From the NCBI GenBank assembly GCA_029717555.1, contig JAMDHS010000063.1:1-64000 (forward strand): a DNA stretch of 64,000 nucleotides. The letters run 5' to 3'. Under the pieces are notes generated by a model. That model did no database searches. It saw nothing but the letters and a program-made list of their open reading frames with translations, and was not told the DNA's origin. The number at the start of each line of letters is the position of its first letter. The first letter of the stretch is position 1. A program made the position numbers and the translations under genes. Below are positions 63,270-64,000 of this stretch, piece by piece. The stretch comes from Peribolospora baueri (Eukaryota).

Positions 63270-64000
63270 GGTGGGGACAGAGTTGGGGGATAGAAGAGGT
63301 GAAAGTAGACCGAATAGGACCCACGAGCGCAGCTCGATGGCGGTGACGCTGTATAGACCGGGCCAAGTACAAGTCGGGCACGGTGTGTGGTCAAGAGAAG
63401 GTCTATCAAAGAGGCCAGGTGGCGTGTCTATCAGAGTGGTGAGGGGGACGAAAGGAGCGTGAGGCGAGAGGTGCGCCGATGATATACTCGAACGGGACGG
63501 CCACCGCGGTGGTGCTTTCTTGAAACGGTTGATCAACGTGCTCGTTCGCGTTGGAGGCACGTTGTGAACCGTGGTAGTAAAGGAATCCGGTTGGAAGCTG
63601 TGCTAAGAGAACGACGGAGATGGAAAGAGAGAGAGATGTACAGAGTGAAAGAGAGAAATGGCCCTGCTTGGCGTTTGAGATAATGTCGGGGTCGGGTTAC
63701 ATTCCGGGGTCGCTCGAACAGGGCACCCGCGCTGGACGACCTTGGCAGTCGAGTGAGTCCGCCCTGCATGGCCACGATCTGCGCCCGTTGTCCAGTAGTC
63801 CGCTTGGCGCGCGTTCGACTGGGAACGGAGCGTGCGATGTTGAACGGCCGAACGATCTTGACCTTTGTTCGCTTCCTTGCCGCTCGCGAGATGGCGAGCA
63901 GGGGTCGTCGGCGGGCGGGCGAGCCATCCCACCGCCGCCCGGTCCGCTCGCGGCCAGGAGATGGCGTCCGATAGCCGCAGACTGAGTGAGATGTCAAACT

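Overview
Eukaryotic, GC-rich, intron-dense fungal DNA, most consistent with a basidiomycete (short GT-AG introns with GTGAGY donors and CTGAC/CTAAC branch points, micro-exons, many microsatellites). About 18 protein-coding genes can be reconstructed by hand: a partial LisH/LUFS (Flo8/Som1-like) regulator, an Snt2-like BAH-PHD-ELM2-SANT chromatin protein, an orphan ORF, a 1470-aa intronless Nam8/Ngr1-like RRM protein, RPS11, clathrin light chain, an uncharacterised protein, NOP14, a DEK_C-SWIB (Uaf30/Tri1-like) protein, AFG1 ATPase, PDB1, tubulin cofactor C, a beta-lactamase-fold (LovD/EstB-like) esterase, a PGC1-like GDPD, a USP36/42-like deubiquitinase, VPS17, a Shewanella-like phosphatase and a DHA14 MFS transporter. 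No rRNA, tRNA or CRISPR was seen. Most notable: (1) the esterase gene is intact across five exons except for one in-frame TAG just before the catalytic SxxK motif (nonsense allele, sequencing error or recoding/editing); (2) a 606-bp TA-flanked pogo/Tigger-like MITE; (3) telomere-repeat-like boxes in the RPS11 promoter and two long RPS11 introns sharing a motif; (4) several AAG acceptors, two GC-AG introns and a 5-nt exon. I see no unambiguous new multi-gene system. Gene identities come from motif recognition, not database searches, and exon boundaries are manual inferences.
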